From contig JBJXGI010000035.1 of the NCBI GenBank assembly GCA_046153645.1, forward strand, positions 1 through 17,642: a DNA stretch of 17,642 nucleotides, in the 5' to 3' direction. Position 1 is the first letter of the stretch, and each line of letters starts with the position of its first letter. The position numbers and the translations under genes are program-made. The stretch comes from Elusimicrobiota bacterium (GTDB lineage: Bacteria > Elusimicrobiota > Elusimicrobia > F11). Below the pieces are notes generated by a model. It was given only the letters and a program-made list of their open reading frames with translations. It was not told the origin of the DNA and searched no databases. Below, piece after piece: positions 1 through 8,170 of this stretch.

Positions 1-2
1 TC

Positions 3-887
3 CTTCAATCTTTTGCTCAAGTCTCCTCCGCCATTCGTATTGAAGGCGCTTCTACCTTATTAGAGAATGAACCGATAATAAATGGGAATCAGTCCTATTT
101 ATCGAAAACATGGAAAGAAATCATTCATCAAACAAAAATGAAAAATCCTCACGTTCTTTTTTTCGCGGATAATAGTGGTCAGAATAATATTGATTGGGAA
201 AATTTTGGATTTGATTATTATGAGAACAATCAACTTTTAACGTTATTAACTGATCAAATTAATAGAGGTGATGCGGGACAACTCAATAAATTCTTCAATG
301 AAGAAAATTTAGCCAAGATAAAAAGATCTATTTTTAATCTTAGTCATATTAGTTCAACCGATCTTCTTCCAACAACAAGACATCGTTTACTAGCCGCTTG
401 TTTGATTGGGTTACTCCCTGGGATTATTCAACATGATGATAACCTTAATACAGATTTAGAAGCGTATATTTCTGAGGTTTCAAAAATGGCTGTTATTCGA
501 TACGGAAAATTCAAAGCATTACCAACCACTTCTCACCATGTGTTTTCCTTTGCAAGGGCGCATGGTCATGATTTGCTTGTGGCCGTTGTGAATTTAAGTA
601 TAGAGCCCATTAGAGTTAATGTTTTTTTAGATAGTTTTGTAAAAGGATTTGATGATAACAAAATGTATTTGGTTTCAAATCCTCTTCAACATATTCCCCT
701 CTCTATAGAAAGCATTCAATCAACAACTGGACCTGGTCCCACAATGGCCATATGGGGTAATGATTTCAAAAAAAATGGTTTATCCACCCAATTAGACAAG
801 TTGAGCATCCGTTTATTTTCTGTTAATCTGAGTCATCCAATTCTCCATGACACGCCTGAACCTATACAACAGTTTCATAAAGTTTGA
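3..887 (+). CDS. 5'-truncated alpha-amylase family (GH13)-like protein with apparently degenerate catalytic motifs
   Basis: The frame is open from nt 3 (LQSFAQVSSAIRIEGASTLL...WKEIIHQTKMKNPHVLFFADNS), so the ATG at 138 is internal. SAIRIEGA resembles region II (DGxRxDxA), LFFAD resembles region III (FxxAE), and GFDYY and LIGLLPG resemble GFDYxY and LxxLPG. The C-terminal VFSFAR...LLVAVVNLS is typical of the GH13 C-domain beta-sandwich. Confidence 0.6.
   Translation, partial: LQSFAQVSSAIRIEGASTLLENEPIINGNQSYLSKTWKEIIHQTKMKNPHVLFFADNSGQNNIDWENFGFDYYENNQLLTLLTDQINRGDAGQLNKFFNEENLAKIKRSIFNLSHISSTDLLPTTRHRLLAACLIGLLPGIIQHDDNLNTDLEAYISEVSKMAVIRYGKFKALPTTSHHVFSFARAHGHDLLVAVVNLSIEPIRVNVFLDSFVKGFDDNKMYLVSNPLQHIPLSIESIQSTTGPGPTMAIWGNDFKKNGLSTQLDKLSIRLFSVNLSHPILHDTPEPIQQFHKV
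801..829 (+). promoter_or_regulatory. Putative sigma70 promoter for the mqn operon, inside the upstream gene
   Basis: TTGAGC (801-806), 17 bp spacer, TAATCT (824-829), with an extended -10 TG at 821-822. It ends 17 nt before the mqnP ATG at 847. Confidence 0.45.
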
Positions 888-1689
888 ACACACCCTATTT
901 TCACTCCCTCTTTTATTTGCCGGAGCGTTATTAGCTGGAAAAACGTGGCCTTCTTGGCGAGTTTCATTTCTCATCATTCTCGCCGGCGCTGGGGCACGGA
1001 TTGTGGCACTGGCACTTAATAGAATTATTGATCGTCACATCGACAAATTAAATCCAAGAACACAAGATCGACACCTGGCCAGTGGTAAAATTAAACTTAT
1101 TGAAGCTTGGTTTATTTTACTTGTATCACTTGTCATATATTTACTGGCTGCATGGTCACTATCGGAATTTTGCCTAAAACTTTCATGGCTTCCCGTTTTA
1201 GGGTTTTCTGCCTATCCTTTTTTCAAAAGATTCACCAAATGGGCACATCTGGGTTTAGGCATTGTGTGGTCTTTAGTTCCCATCGGAGGTTTTTTTGCTG
1301 TCCATCCTTCATTTGATGGAATGACTCCCATTTTATTACTGGCGTTGTTTAGTGTGTTTTGGCTGGCAGGTTTTGACATTATTTATGCCATACAAGATGA
1401 AGAGTTTGATCGAAGAGTGGGCCTGCATTCGCTTCCAGCAAAATGGGGTGGGAAAAAAGCACTCAGAATATCAGCCTTATTCCACGTATTGTCATTTTTT
1501 ACTCTTGTTATTTTGTACGCGATCTTTTTTTCTGGTCCTTTTACCGTAATTTGTCTGGGAGTCATAGGAATTTTGCTTTACTTGGAACAATCCTTCTCAC
1601 ACAATGTTAATCTGTCTTTCTTCCACATTAATGTCATCTTAGGGTTTGTTGTATTGGTATTTGTGTTTTGTGGAATCAAAGGATTTTAA
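847..1689 (+). CDS. mqnP: UbiA-family polyprenyltransferase of the futalosine menaquinone pathway
   Basis: IKFEHTLFSLP N-terminus, NRIIDRHIDKLNPRTQDR Asp-rich motif, GFDIIYAIQDEEFDR second motif, multiple TM helices, and mqn gene context. Confidence 0.9.
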   Translation: MTRLNLYNSFIKFEHTLFSLPLLFAGALLAGKTWPSWRVSFLIILAGAGARIVALALNRIIDRHIDKLNPRTQDRHLASGKIKLIEAWFILLVSLVIYLLAAWSLSEFCLKLSWLPVLGFSAYPFFKRFTKWAHLGLGIVWSLVPIGGFFAVHPSFDGMTPILLLALFSVFWLAGFDIIYAIQDEEFDRRVGLHSLPAKWGGKKALRISALFHVLSFFTLVILYAIFFSGPFTVICLGVIGILLYLEQSFSHNVNLSFFHINVILGFVVLVFVFCGIKGF

Positions 1690-1690
1690 A

Positions 1691-2239
1691 ATGAGAACGA
1701 TTATTGCTATGACGGGTGCTTCTGGGTCCGCCATTGGCGTTGAATTTATTAAAAATTGCCCTGGAGAAAAATTCCTTATTGTTACTCGTTGGGGTAAATC
1801 GGTGTTACATCAAGAGACAGGATTAACAGTGGACGATTTAGCACCTTATGTGACTAAAATTTTTTCTTCTGATGATTTAAATTCCCCCATTGCATCAGGT
1901 TCAAATTACTTTGACCAATTCGTTGTGGTTCCCTGTTCGATGGTAACCTTAGCTAGAATTGCAAATGGTCTCGGTGAAAATCTCGTATCTAGGGTTGGTG
2001 AGATAGCCCTTAAAGAAAATAGACGAATGCTTTTGGCTATAAGAGAAACGCCCCTCTCTGCTATTGCCTTAGAAAATGCGTTAAAACTTTCTAGATTGGG
2101 CGTTACTATTATGCCTCTTTCTCCTGCCTTTTACATGAAACCAAAAACTGTTGAAGAAACCACCAAACTTTTTGTTGATCACATGATGACGACGTTGAGC
2201 ATTCCGGTCAAAACAGGTTGGAGAAATCAGGAATTATAA
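1691..2239 (+). CDS. ubiX: Flavin prenyltransferase UbiX (MqnM)
   Basis: MTGASG, IASGS, PCSM.TLA.IA.G, RETPL and PAFY motifs. The likely start is the ATG at 1691 (TAAaATG after mqnP), not 1646. Confidence 0.93.
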   Translation: MRTIIAMTGASGSAIGVEFIKNCPGEKFLIVTRWGKSVLHQETGLTVDDLAPYVTKIFSSDDLNSPIASGSNYFDQFVVVPCSMVTLARIANGLGENLVSRVGEIALKENRRMLLAIRETPLSAIALENALKLSRLGVTIMPLSPAFYMKPKTVEETTKLFVDHMMTTLSIPVKTGWRNQEL

Positions 2240-4017
2240 TGCCCTTTTCCAACCTCTCTTCATTTGTCTCACATCTAGAAAAAAATAATCATCTTCATAG
2301 AATTAAAGTTGAAGTTGATCCCCTATTAGAAATAACTGAAATTGTATCACGAGTCGCTGAAAATAAGGGACCCGCTCTACTCTTTGAAAATGTGAAAGGT
2401 TCACGTTTCCCCATTGTTGTAAACACATTAGCGCATGAAGATAGAATTAAATGGGCTTTGGGTCGTCACCCAGCAGAAGTGGGCGATGAGATCGGAAGTC
2501 TTTTAAAAGATGCAATGCCACCCAATTTCAGTACTCTTTGGAAACATCGTCGTAGTTTTTCAAAAATTTTAGCTATGAAACCCTGCCAGGTAAATTCACC
2601 ATCTTTTAAAAAAAATAGAATTGAACCTTCCGATTTAGAGCAACTGCCTATCGCCCAAACTTGGCCCTTAGATGGGGGCCGGTTTATGACTTACCCGCTT
2701 GTCATCACAAAGAGCCCTGTTGATGGAAAACAAAATATGGGTGTGTATAGAATGCATACCTACAATAAAAATCAAACGGGAATGCATTGGCAAATAGGAA
2801 AAGGAGGTGGGTTTCATTACAAACAAGCAGAAGAATTAAACCAAAACCTTCCCGTCTCTGTTGTTTTGGGAGCTGATCCGATTCTCATGCTTTGTGGGGT
2901 GTTACCTCTTCCAGAAGGATTAGATGAAATAGTTTTTGCAGGTTTTTTAAGAGGGCAATCGACCAGCGTAGCGTCTTTAAATAGAAATAATATGAGAGTT
3001 CCTGCTGAAGCTGAATTTATCCTAGAAGGAACAGTGCCTCCACATGAAAGAAGAATGGAAGGACCTTATGGAGATCATTTTGGTCATTACTCGTTAGCAG
3101 CACCTTTCCCTATTTTTAACGTCGAAAAAATTTGGCATCGAGACAACGCCATTTTCCCCATTTCGGTTGTTGGTAAACCTCCTCAAGAGGACCAAGTTGT
3201 TGGTGATGCTGTTCAGCAAATGTTATTGCCTCTTTTAAAATTTATTCATCCAGAAATTTCTGATATGTGGGCTTATATGGAAGCGGGCTTCCATAATTTA
3301 TTGGTTATTTCAGTTAAACAACGTTTCGAAAAAGAAGGTGTTAAATCGGCGTTATGGGCTTTTGGTGAGGGGCAGTTATCTCTTTCTAAGTGCATTATTG
3401 TTGTTGATAGTCACGTAAACCCTAGAGATATTCATGCTGTCTTAAAAGCAGTTCGCGAGAACTTTATTCCATCACAAGATTTCATTCTTCTTCCTGGCAC
3501 CTCACAAGACACGCTTGACTTCACAAGTTTTAAAATGAATTTGGGCAGCAAAATGATTTTAGATGCCACTCAAAATTCACAGCAAGCAAACCAAAAAATT
3601 CCTGTCTTGAACCATCAAAAAATCAGATCGATGGATCCTCGAATTATTTCGAGTTTTCTTCTTGATGATACTTTTTTGATTATTAAAGTTGATACCAAGT
3701 CCTCCCCCTTAACCGGCCGAGAAATTCTTAAAAAAATGATAAACTTAACCGAGATTAACGACGTCAAAATGGTGGCTGCTGTTAGCGATGACATTCCACT
3801 TGATAATCAAACTCTTTTGCTTTGGGGTATTTTTACTCGATTTGATTGTCAAAGAGATTCATTCTTTCAAAAAGTTGAATTAAAAGGTGGACATCCGCTT
3901 TATTCAGGCCCTCTCATGATTGATGCCACATGGAAACCTGGCTATCCAGATCCAGTTTCAATGACACCAAATATCATCAAAAAAGTAGATCAACGTTGGA
4001 AAGATTACGGATTTTAA
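2239..4017 (+). CDS. ubiD: prFMN-dependent UbiD-family decarboxylase (MqnL), long form
   Basis: VDPLLEITEI, GPALLFENVKG, WPLDGGRF, NMGVYRM, EGPYGDHFGHY and GKPPQED motifs. The ATG at 2239 overlaps the ubiX stop (TAATG). Confidence 0.93.
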   Translation: MPFSNLSSFVSHLEKNNHLHRIKVEVDPLLEITEIVSRVAENKGPALLFENVKGSRFPIVVNTLAHEDRIKWALGRHPAEVGDEIGSLLKDAMPPNFSTLWKHRRSFSKILAMKPCQVNSPSFKKNRIEPSDLEQLPIAQTWPLDGGRFMTYPLVITKSPVDGKQNMGVYRMHTYNKNQTGMHWQIGKGGGFHYKQAEELNQNLPVSVVLGADPILMLCGVLPLPEGLDEIVFAGFLRGQSTSVASLNRNNMRVPAEAEFILEGTVPPHERRMEGPYGDHFGHYSLAAPFPIFNVEKIWHRDNAIFPISVVGKPPQEDQVVGDAVQQMLLPLLKFIHPEISDMWAYMEAGFHNLLVISVKQRFEKEGVKSALWAFGEGQLSLSKCIIVVDSHVNPRDIHAVLKAVRENFIPSQDFILLPGTSQDTLDFTSFKMNLGSKMILDATQNSQQANQKIPVLNHQKIRSMDPRIISSFLLDDTFLIIKVDTKSSPLTGREILKKMINLTEINDVKMVAAVSDDIPLDNQTLLLWGIFTRFDCQRDSFFQKVELKGGHPLYSGPLMIDATWKPGYPDPVSMTPNIIKKVDQRWKDYGF

Positions 4018-4027
4018 GAGGTCTCTT

Positions 4028-5113
4028 GTGATTAAAGATTCGTCACTACTGTTCATTTGGGATAAAATTCAAAACAAAAAACGATTAACCATTGAAGACG
4101 GATTAACCATGTTTTCATCTCAGGACGTTCATGGTTTAGGGTTTATGGGTAATTGGGTTAAAGAACAAAAAACCGGAAATCGTGCGACTTTTGTCATGAA
4201 CCGTCAAATTAATCCTACCAATCTCTGTGTTCTTTCCTGTCATTTTTGCGATTACGCAAGCAAAGAAAACTGGCCAAATGCATATATCATGACCAAAGAA
4301 GATATTCTCTCTAAATGCAATGATGATTTAAAAGAAGTTCATATTGTTAGTGGACTTTACCGCGGATGGTCATTCGAAGAATATTTAGATGTTATTCGGG
4401 TTATCAAAGAAAAATTCCCAAAAATTCAAGTTAAAGCCTATACCGCTGTCGAAATTGATTTCTTTTCCCGACGTGAAAAAACGTCATTAGAAAATATTCT
4501 CAAAAAGATGATTAACGCTGGCGTTGTTTGTATTCCTGGTGGCGGAGCTGAAGTGTTTAGTGAACGCGTGAGAAAAGCACTTTTCCCTTTTAAAATTGGT
4601 GCTCCCAAATGGTTAGAAGTTCATAAAACCGCTCACAAATTGGGATTGAGGTCAAACTCAACCTTACTCTACGGACACATGGAAACATATGAAGAACGAC
4701 TTATTCATATGACAAAACTTCGCGATCTTCAAGATGAAACCCACGGTTTTCTTTCTTTTATCCCCCTCGCCTATCAGCCTGGAGACACCCAAGTTGTTAA
4801 ACATCAAGCTTCTGTTATTGATGATCTTAAAACCATTGCCATTTCACGCCTTATGCTTGATAATTTTGATCACATCAAAGCCTACTGGGTTACAATGGGA
4901 GAAGACACTGCTTCTATTGCTCTTAATTATGGAGCTGATGATATCGATGGTACCATTGGTGAAGAAAAAATTATGCATGCAGCCAAAGCCAGTTCGCCTT
5001 TACTTATGGCCAAAGAAAAACTAATCAGCCTCATTAAAGAAGCGGGAAGAATACCAATTGAAAGAAATTGTTTATATGAAGATGTTCACCCTGAACCCGA
5101 GTTGGTTTCATGA
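4028..5113 (+). CDS. mqnE: Aminofutalosine synthase (radical SAM, CofH/MqnE family)
   Basis: INPTNLCVLSCHFC (CxxxCxxC), PGGGAEVF, LLYGH.E, HIKAYWV and GTIGEEKIMHAA. GTG start with SD-like AAGAGGT at 4016-4022. Confidence 0.9.
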   Translation: MIKDSSLLFIWDKIQNKKRLTIEDGLTMFSSQDVHGLGFMGNWVKEQKTGNRATFVMNRQINPTNLCVLSCHFCDYASKENWPNAYIMTKEDILSKCNDDLKEVHIVSGLYRGWSFEEYLDVIRVIKEKFPKIQVKAYTAVEIDFFSRREKTSLENILKKMINAGVVCIPGGGAEVFSERVRKALFPFKIGAPKWLEVHKTAHKLGLRSNSTLLYGHMETYEERLIHMTKLRDLQDETHGFLSFIPLAYQPGDTQVVKHQASVIDDLKTIAISRLMLDNFDHIKAYWVTMGEDTASIALNYGADDIDGTIGEEKIMHAAKASSPLLMAKEKLISLIKEAGRIPIERNCLYEDVHPEPELVS

Positions 5114-5883
5114 GCGTTTTAATTGGGCGAATATCCTATGTGAATACCGATCCCTGGTTTTATCAATGGAAAGGTGATCATTCCTGGAAAATGATAAGTG
5201 ATTCTCCTTCTCAGTTGGGACAACTGGCCATTAAAGAGCAGTTAACTGCGGCCCCACTTTCTATATTTGACTATTGGAAAATTGAAGATCATTACGAGCC
5301 CCTCGGTAATTGGGGTATTTCGTCTAAAGAAATATGTCAAAGTGTTTTTATTATTAGCAAAAAAAAGTTAACTGAACTCTCTCAAGCACATATAGCCGCA
5401 ACAACTGAATCATCAACATCTATCCAATTGGCAAAACTTATTTTTGAAAAGAAATACAATCTTGAAACAAAAATACAGCGCGGGTTTCAAGATACTGACA
5501 TGATAAGACTTGTTATCGGTGATGAGGCTTTAAAAATCGGCACCAAAAGAAATGAAAAAGAATGGCCCTATATTTATGATTTAGCCACAGAATGGTGGCA
5601 ATGGCATAAAAAACCTTTTGTTTTTGCACGTTGGGTTATCAAAAAAAATATCCAACCTCAATTGAAAAACGATATTTTACAAGCGGTGGCACTTTCTTTT
5701 TCATCTGGTATGGATCGAATAAAAGAAATGTCAGCGGAAGCGAGTCGGAAAACGGGAGTATCCGCCCATCAAATTGAAAATTACATTAAAGGCTTTAAAT
5801 ATAATTTAACTTCAGAAGAATCAGAGGGTATCCAGTTATTTAGGAATCAAATAAATCAAAATAAAACAATGGCGCTTATATAA
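5110..5883 (+). CDS. mqnA: Chorismate dehydratase
   Basis: GRISYVNTDP, ESSTS, LVIGDEAL and DLATEW...PFVFARW motifs. ATGA overlap with mqnE. Confidence 0.88.
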   Translation: MSVLIGRISYVNTDPWFYQWKGDHSWKMISDSPSQLGQLAIKEQLTAAPLSIFDYWKIEDHYEPLGNWGISSKEICQSVFIISKKKLTELSQAHIAATTESSTSIQLAKLIFEKKYNLETKIQRGFQDTDMIRLVIGDEALKIGTKRNEKEWPYIYDLATEWWQWHKKPFVFARWVIKKNIQPQLKNDILQAVALSFSSGMDRIKEMSAEASRKTGVSAHQIENYIKGFKYNLTSEESEGIQLFRNQINQNKTMALI

Positions 5884-5885
5884 AT

Positions 5886-7070
5886 ATGACAGTTCAACAT
5901 AATATAGAAAAAAAAATTTCTCAATTTCAACGATTAACATCAGAAGAGGGTCTATATCTTCTCAAAGAAGCTCCTTTACCATGGTTAGGTTCATTGGCAG
6001 AGCTGGTTCGATATAGGCTTCACCCTAAAAAAGAAGTCTCTTTTGTTATTGATACAAATCCTAATTACACAAATATATGTGATACATTCTGTAATTTCTG
6101 TGCTTTTTATCGACAACCAAAAGATGTTGACGCCTATACATTAACTCTTGATCAGGTTATGGAAAGAATTGCCAGAGCTGAAAAAATGGGCGTCACAACT
6201 ATCCTTTTACAGGGTGGGCACAACCGAGCGATTCCTTTTGAATATTATTTATCACTTATTAAAGAAACAGTTAAACGTTTCCCTAAAATAACCCCACATT
6301 TTTTTACAGCTTCCGAAATACAAACAATGGCTCAAATTAGTTCTAAAAATATTTCTGAGGTCTTAAAAGAACTTAAAACAGCTGGTCAACACACACTTCC
6401 TGGAGGCGGAGCAGAAATTTTATCTGAAAGAGTTCGAATGAAATTAGCTCCCAAAAAAGGAGGGCCTGAAGCTTGGCTTGAAGTTCACCGTGAAGCGCAT
6501 AAATTGGGGTTTGCCTCAACTGCCACTATGATGTATGGACATATAGAAGAATCTGAAGATGTGGTCACTCATTGGAATTTTATTAGAGATCTTCAAGATG
6601 AGGCATTAAAAGCCAATAATGGCGGCGGGTTTACTGCTTTTATTCCTTGGAGCTTTAAACCAGATAATACTTCCTTAGAAAGAAAGTTTCCTCGAAAATC
6701 TGGCACCGTTCCTTATTTAAGAATGCTGGCTGCTTCTCGATTATATTTGGATAATTTTAAACATATTCAATCTTCTTGGTTTTCTGAAGGGAAAAAAACC
6801 GGCCAAGCAGCGCTTTTATATGGATCTAATGACTTTGGTGGAACTCTTTATGACGAAAATGTTCATGCCGAAGCGGGATTTGTTAACACCGCCACATTAA
6901 AAGAAATCATTCAAATTATTCATCAAGCGGGATTTGATGCCATTCAACGAACAACTCGTTATGAATTCATAAAAAATTATCCAAAAACAATGACAGATGA
7001 AGAACTAAGCGCAGCTTTTCCTGAAGTGTCTTATCGAAAAAACAAACCCATGGTTTCTGCCAAAGTATGA
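5886..7070 (+). CDS. mqnC: Cyclic dehypoxanthinyl futalosine synthase (radical SAM)
   Basis: NYTNICDTFCNFCAFYR, LLQGG, PGGGAEIL, TATMMYGH, GFTAFIPW, HIQSSW and NDFGGTL..ENV motifs. Confidence 0.92.
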   Translation: MTVQHNIEKKISQFQRLTSEEGLYLLKEAPLPWLGSLAELVRYRLHPKKEVSFVIDTNPNYTNICDTFCNFCAFYRQPKDVDAYTLTLDQVMERIARAEKMGVTTILLQGGHNRAIPFEYYLSLIKETVKRFPKITPHFFTASEIQTMAQISSKNISEVLKELKTAGQHTLPGGGAEILSERVRMKLAPKKGGPEAWLEVHREAHKLGFASTATMMYGHIEESEDVVTHWNFIRDLQDEALKANNGGGFTAFIPWSFKPDNTSLERKFPRKSGTVPYLRMLAASRLYLDNFKHIQSSWFSEGKKTGQAALLYGSNDFGGTLYDENVHAEAGFVNTATLKEIIQIIHQAGFDAIQRTTRYEFIKNYPKTMTDEELSAAFPEVSYRKNKPMVSAKV

Positions 7071-7369
7071 AAACCAATCAGAACCCTTACAAACAGGTCT
7101 TATTCGTTTGTACAAATGCGCGAAAACAAGGAGAAAGAATAAGTTGTGCGGGTGAAGGACGTTGCGGAGAAAAACTACTCGAAGCGTTAAAGGAATTCGT
7201 TAAGAAAAATTCGCTCCAAAAAAAAGTGCGCGTTTCAAAGTCAGGGTGTCACGACGTTTGTGAAATGGGTCCCAATATTGCTGTGATGCCTCAAAATGTG
7301 TTTATTTCAGATTTAAAAGAATCAGACATTCCTGTCATTCTTGACTCTTATTTAACTTCTTTAAAGTAG
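7067..7369 (+). CDS. Thioredoxin-like [2Fe-2S] ferredoxin
   Basis: LFVCTN...SC...VRVSKSGCHDVCEMGP, with C15, C27, C61 and C65 plus an extra C33. ATGA overlap with mqnC. Confidence 0.85.
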   Translation: MKTNQNPYKQVLFVCTNARKQGERISCAGEGRCGEKLLEALKEFVKKNSLQKKVRVSKSGCHDVCEMGPNIAVMPQNVFISDLKESDIPVILDSYLTSLK

Positions 7370-8135
7370 ATACGTTAAGAATTCGTTTTAAAATTTTGTT
7401 TCTTTTTAGATCAACTGTTAACTCATCATAAAGTTTCTTTTTGTCTGATTCAATTTTTTCAAAAATACTAACTTGGTACCATTCTTTATTTGAGTCTAAC
7501 AAAATAACACTGACCCCTATTTTCCTTCCTTCTTTATTCAATTGATCTGCATAGGCTTTAACATCAGTCAATATACTGACCAACCTGATTGCCTGATCTA
7601 TTTTTTCGGGAGCAATTTCAGCTTCAACTTTAGGGGTGATTTTAGCTTCCTGAATTTGGGGACGATCCCATTTTTTTTGAATAAAAGTTTTATTTTTTTT
7701 GTCCCAGAAATAATCTAAACCTGTTTCACAGTTATAACAATGAGAAATTGAAAATGCCTGGTTTCCCGGATCTCCATGACCTGTGGTTCCTGGAAGATAA
7801 ATAAAATACGGGAATGGGCTTTCCTCGTAAAATATTTTTCTGGATCTATTCTCTTTATTTGAATCAGCAACAAGCAAAAAATATTTATTCCCTTCTTTTG
7901 GCAATAAATCAAAAATTCCAGAAATAAGAGTATCTGTACTCCCATTTTTATCAAAGTCATCTTGAGGGGTAATAAAAGGATCTAGATTATTCTGGGATAT
8001 TAAAGGAAAGTCTTGGATATTTAAGATACGTGGAACTTTACTTTGATCAATTAAATCTTCTATGTACGAGTAGGGATCATTAGCAGAAACAAAATGTGTA
8101 ATAAATATAAAAAATATGAATAAATTTTTTCTCAC
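7335..8135 (-). CDS. Exported hypothetical protein with a DxDxNG Ca-binding-like loop, CxxC and a possible PepSY-like C-terminus
   Basis: 266-aa ORF with GTG start and signal peptide MRKNLFIFFIFITHFVSA. Contains DFDKNGSTD, CYNC and C-terminal WYQVSIFE...VDLKRNKIL. Confidence 0.7.
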   Translation of the reverse strand: MRKNLFIFFIFITHFVSANDPYSYIEDLIDQSKVPRILNIQDFPLISQNNLDPFITPQDDFDKNGSTDTLISGIFDLLPKEGNKYFLLVADSNKENRSRKIFYEESPFPYFIYLPGTTGHGDPGNQAFSISHCYNCETGLDYFWDKKNKTFIQKKWDRPQIQEAKITPKVEAEIAPEKIDQAIRLVSILTDVKAYADQLNKEGRKIGVSVILLDSNKEWYQVSIFEKIESDKKKLYDELTVDLKRNKILKRILNVSTLKKLNKSQE

Positions 8136-8142
8136 GAGAGAA

Positions 8143-8170
8143 ATATTAACAAAAAATGGTTTTGTATCTA
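8143..8170 (-). promoter_or_regulatory. Putative leaderless-type promoter
   Basis: On the minus strand: TAGATA, 16 bp spacer, TAATAT preceded by TG-n, then 7 nt to the GTG at 8135. No SD. Confidence 0.4.

Noticed and set aside
847..887. Possible frameshift fusing the GH13-like gene and mqnP
   Set aside because: mqnP has its own ATG and a normal N-terminus, and the GH13-like C-domain appears complete; a simple overlap explains it.
1107..1565. Short alternative-frame ORFs inside mqnP (1107-1316, 1352-1549, 1383-1565)
   Set aside because: Fully nested in a well-supported gene with no motifs; shadow ORFs.
1646..2238. Track starts at 1646 (ubiX) and 2218 (ubiD)
   Set aside because: The ATGs at 1691 and 2239 match family N-termini and give tight translational coupling.
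5110..5883. Possible MqnD rather than MqnA (same fold)
   Set aside because: ISYVN..P, IGDEAL and PFVFARW are MqnA-type; the MqnD-type SPCPND and IHE motifs are absent.
4028..7070. Calling the two radical SAM genes cofH/cofG (F420) or thiH
   Set aside because: The HIKAYW and HIQSSW signatures and the mqnA/mqnP context fit MqnE and MqnC.
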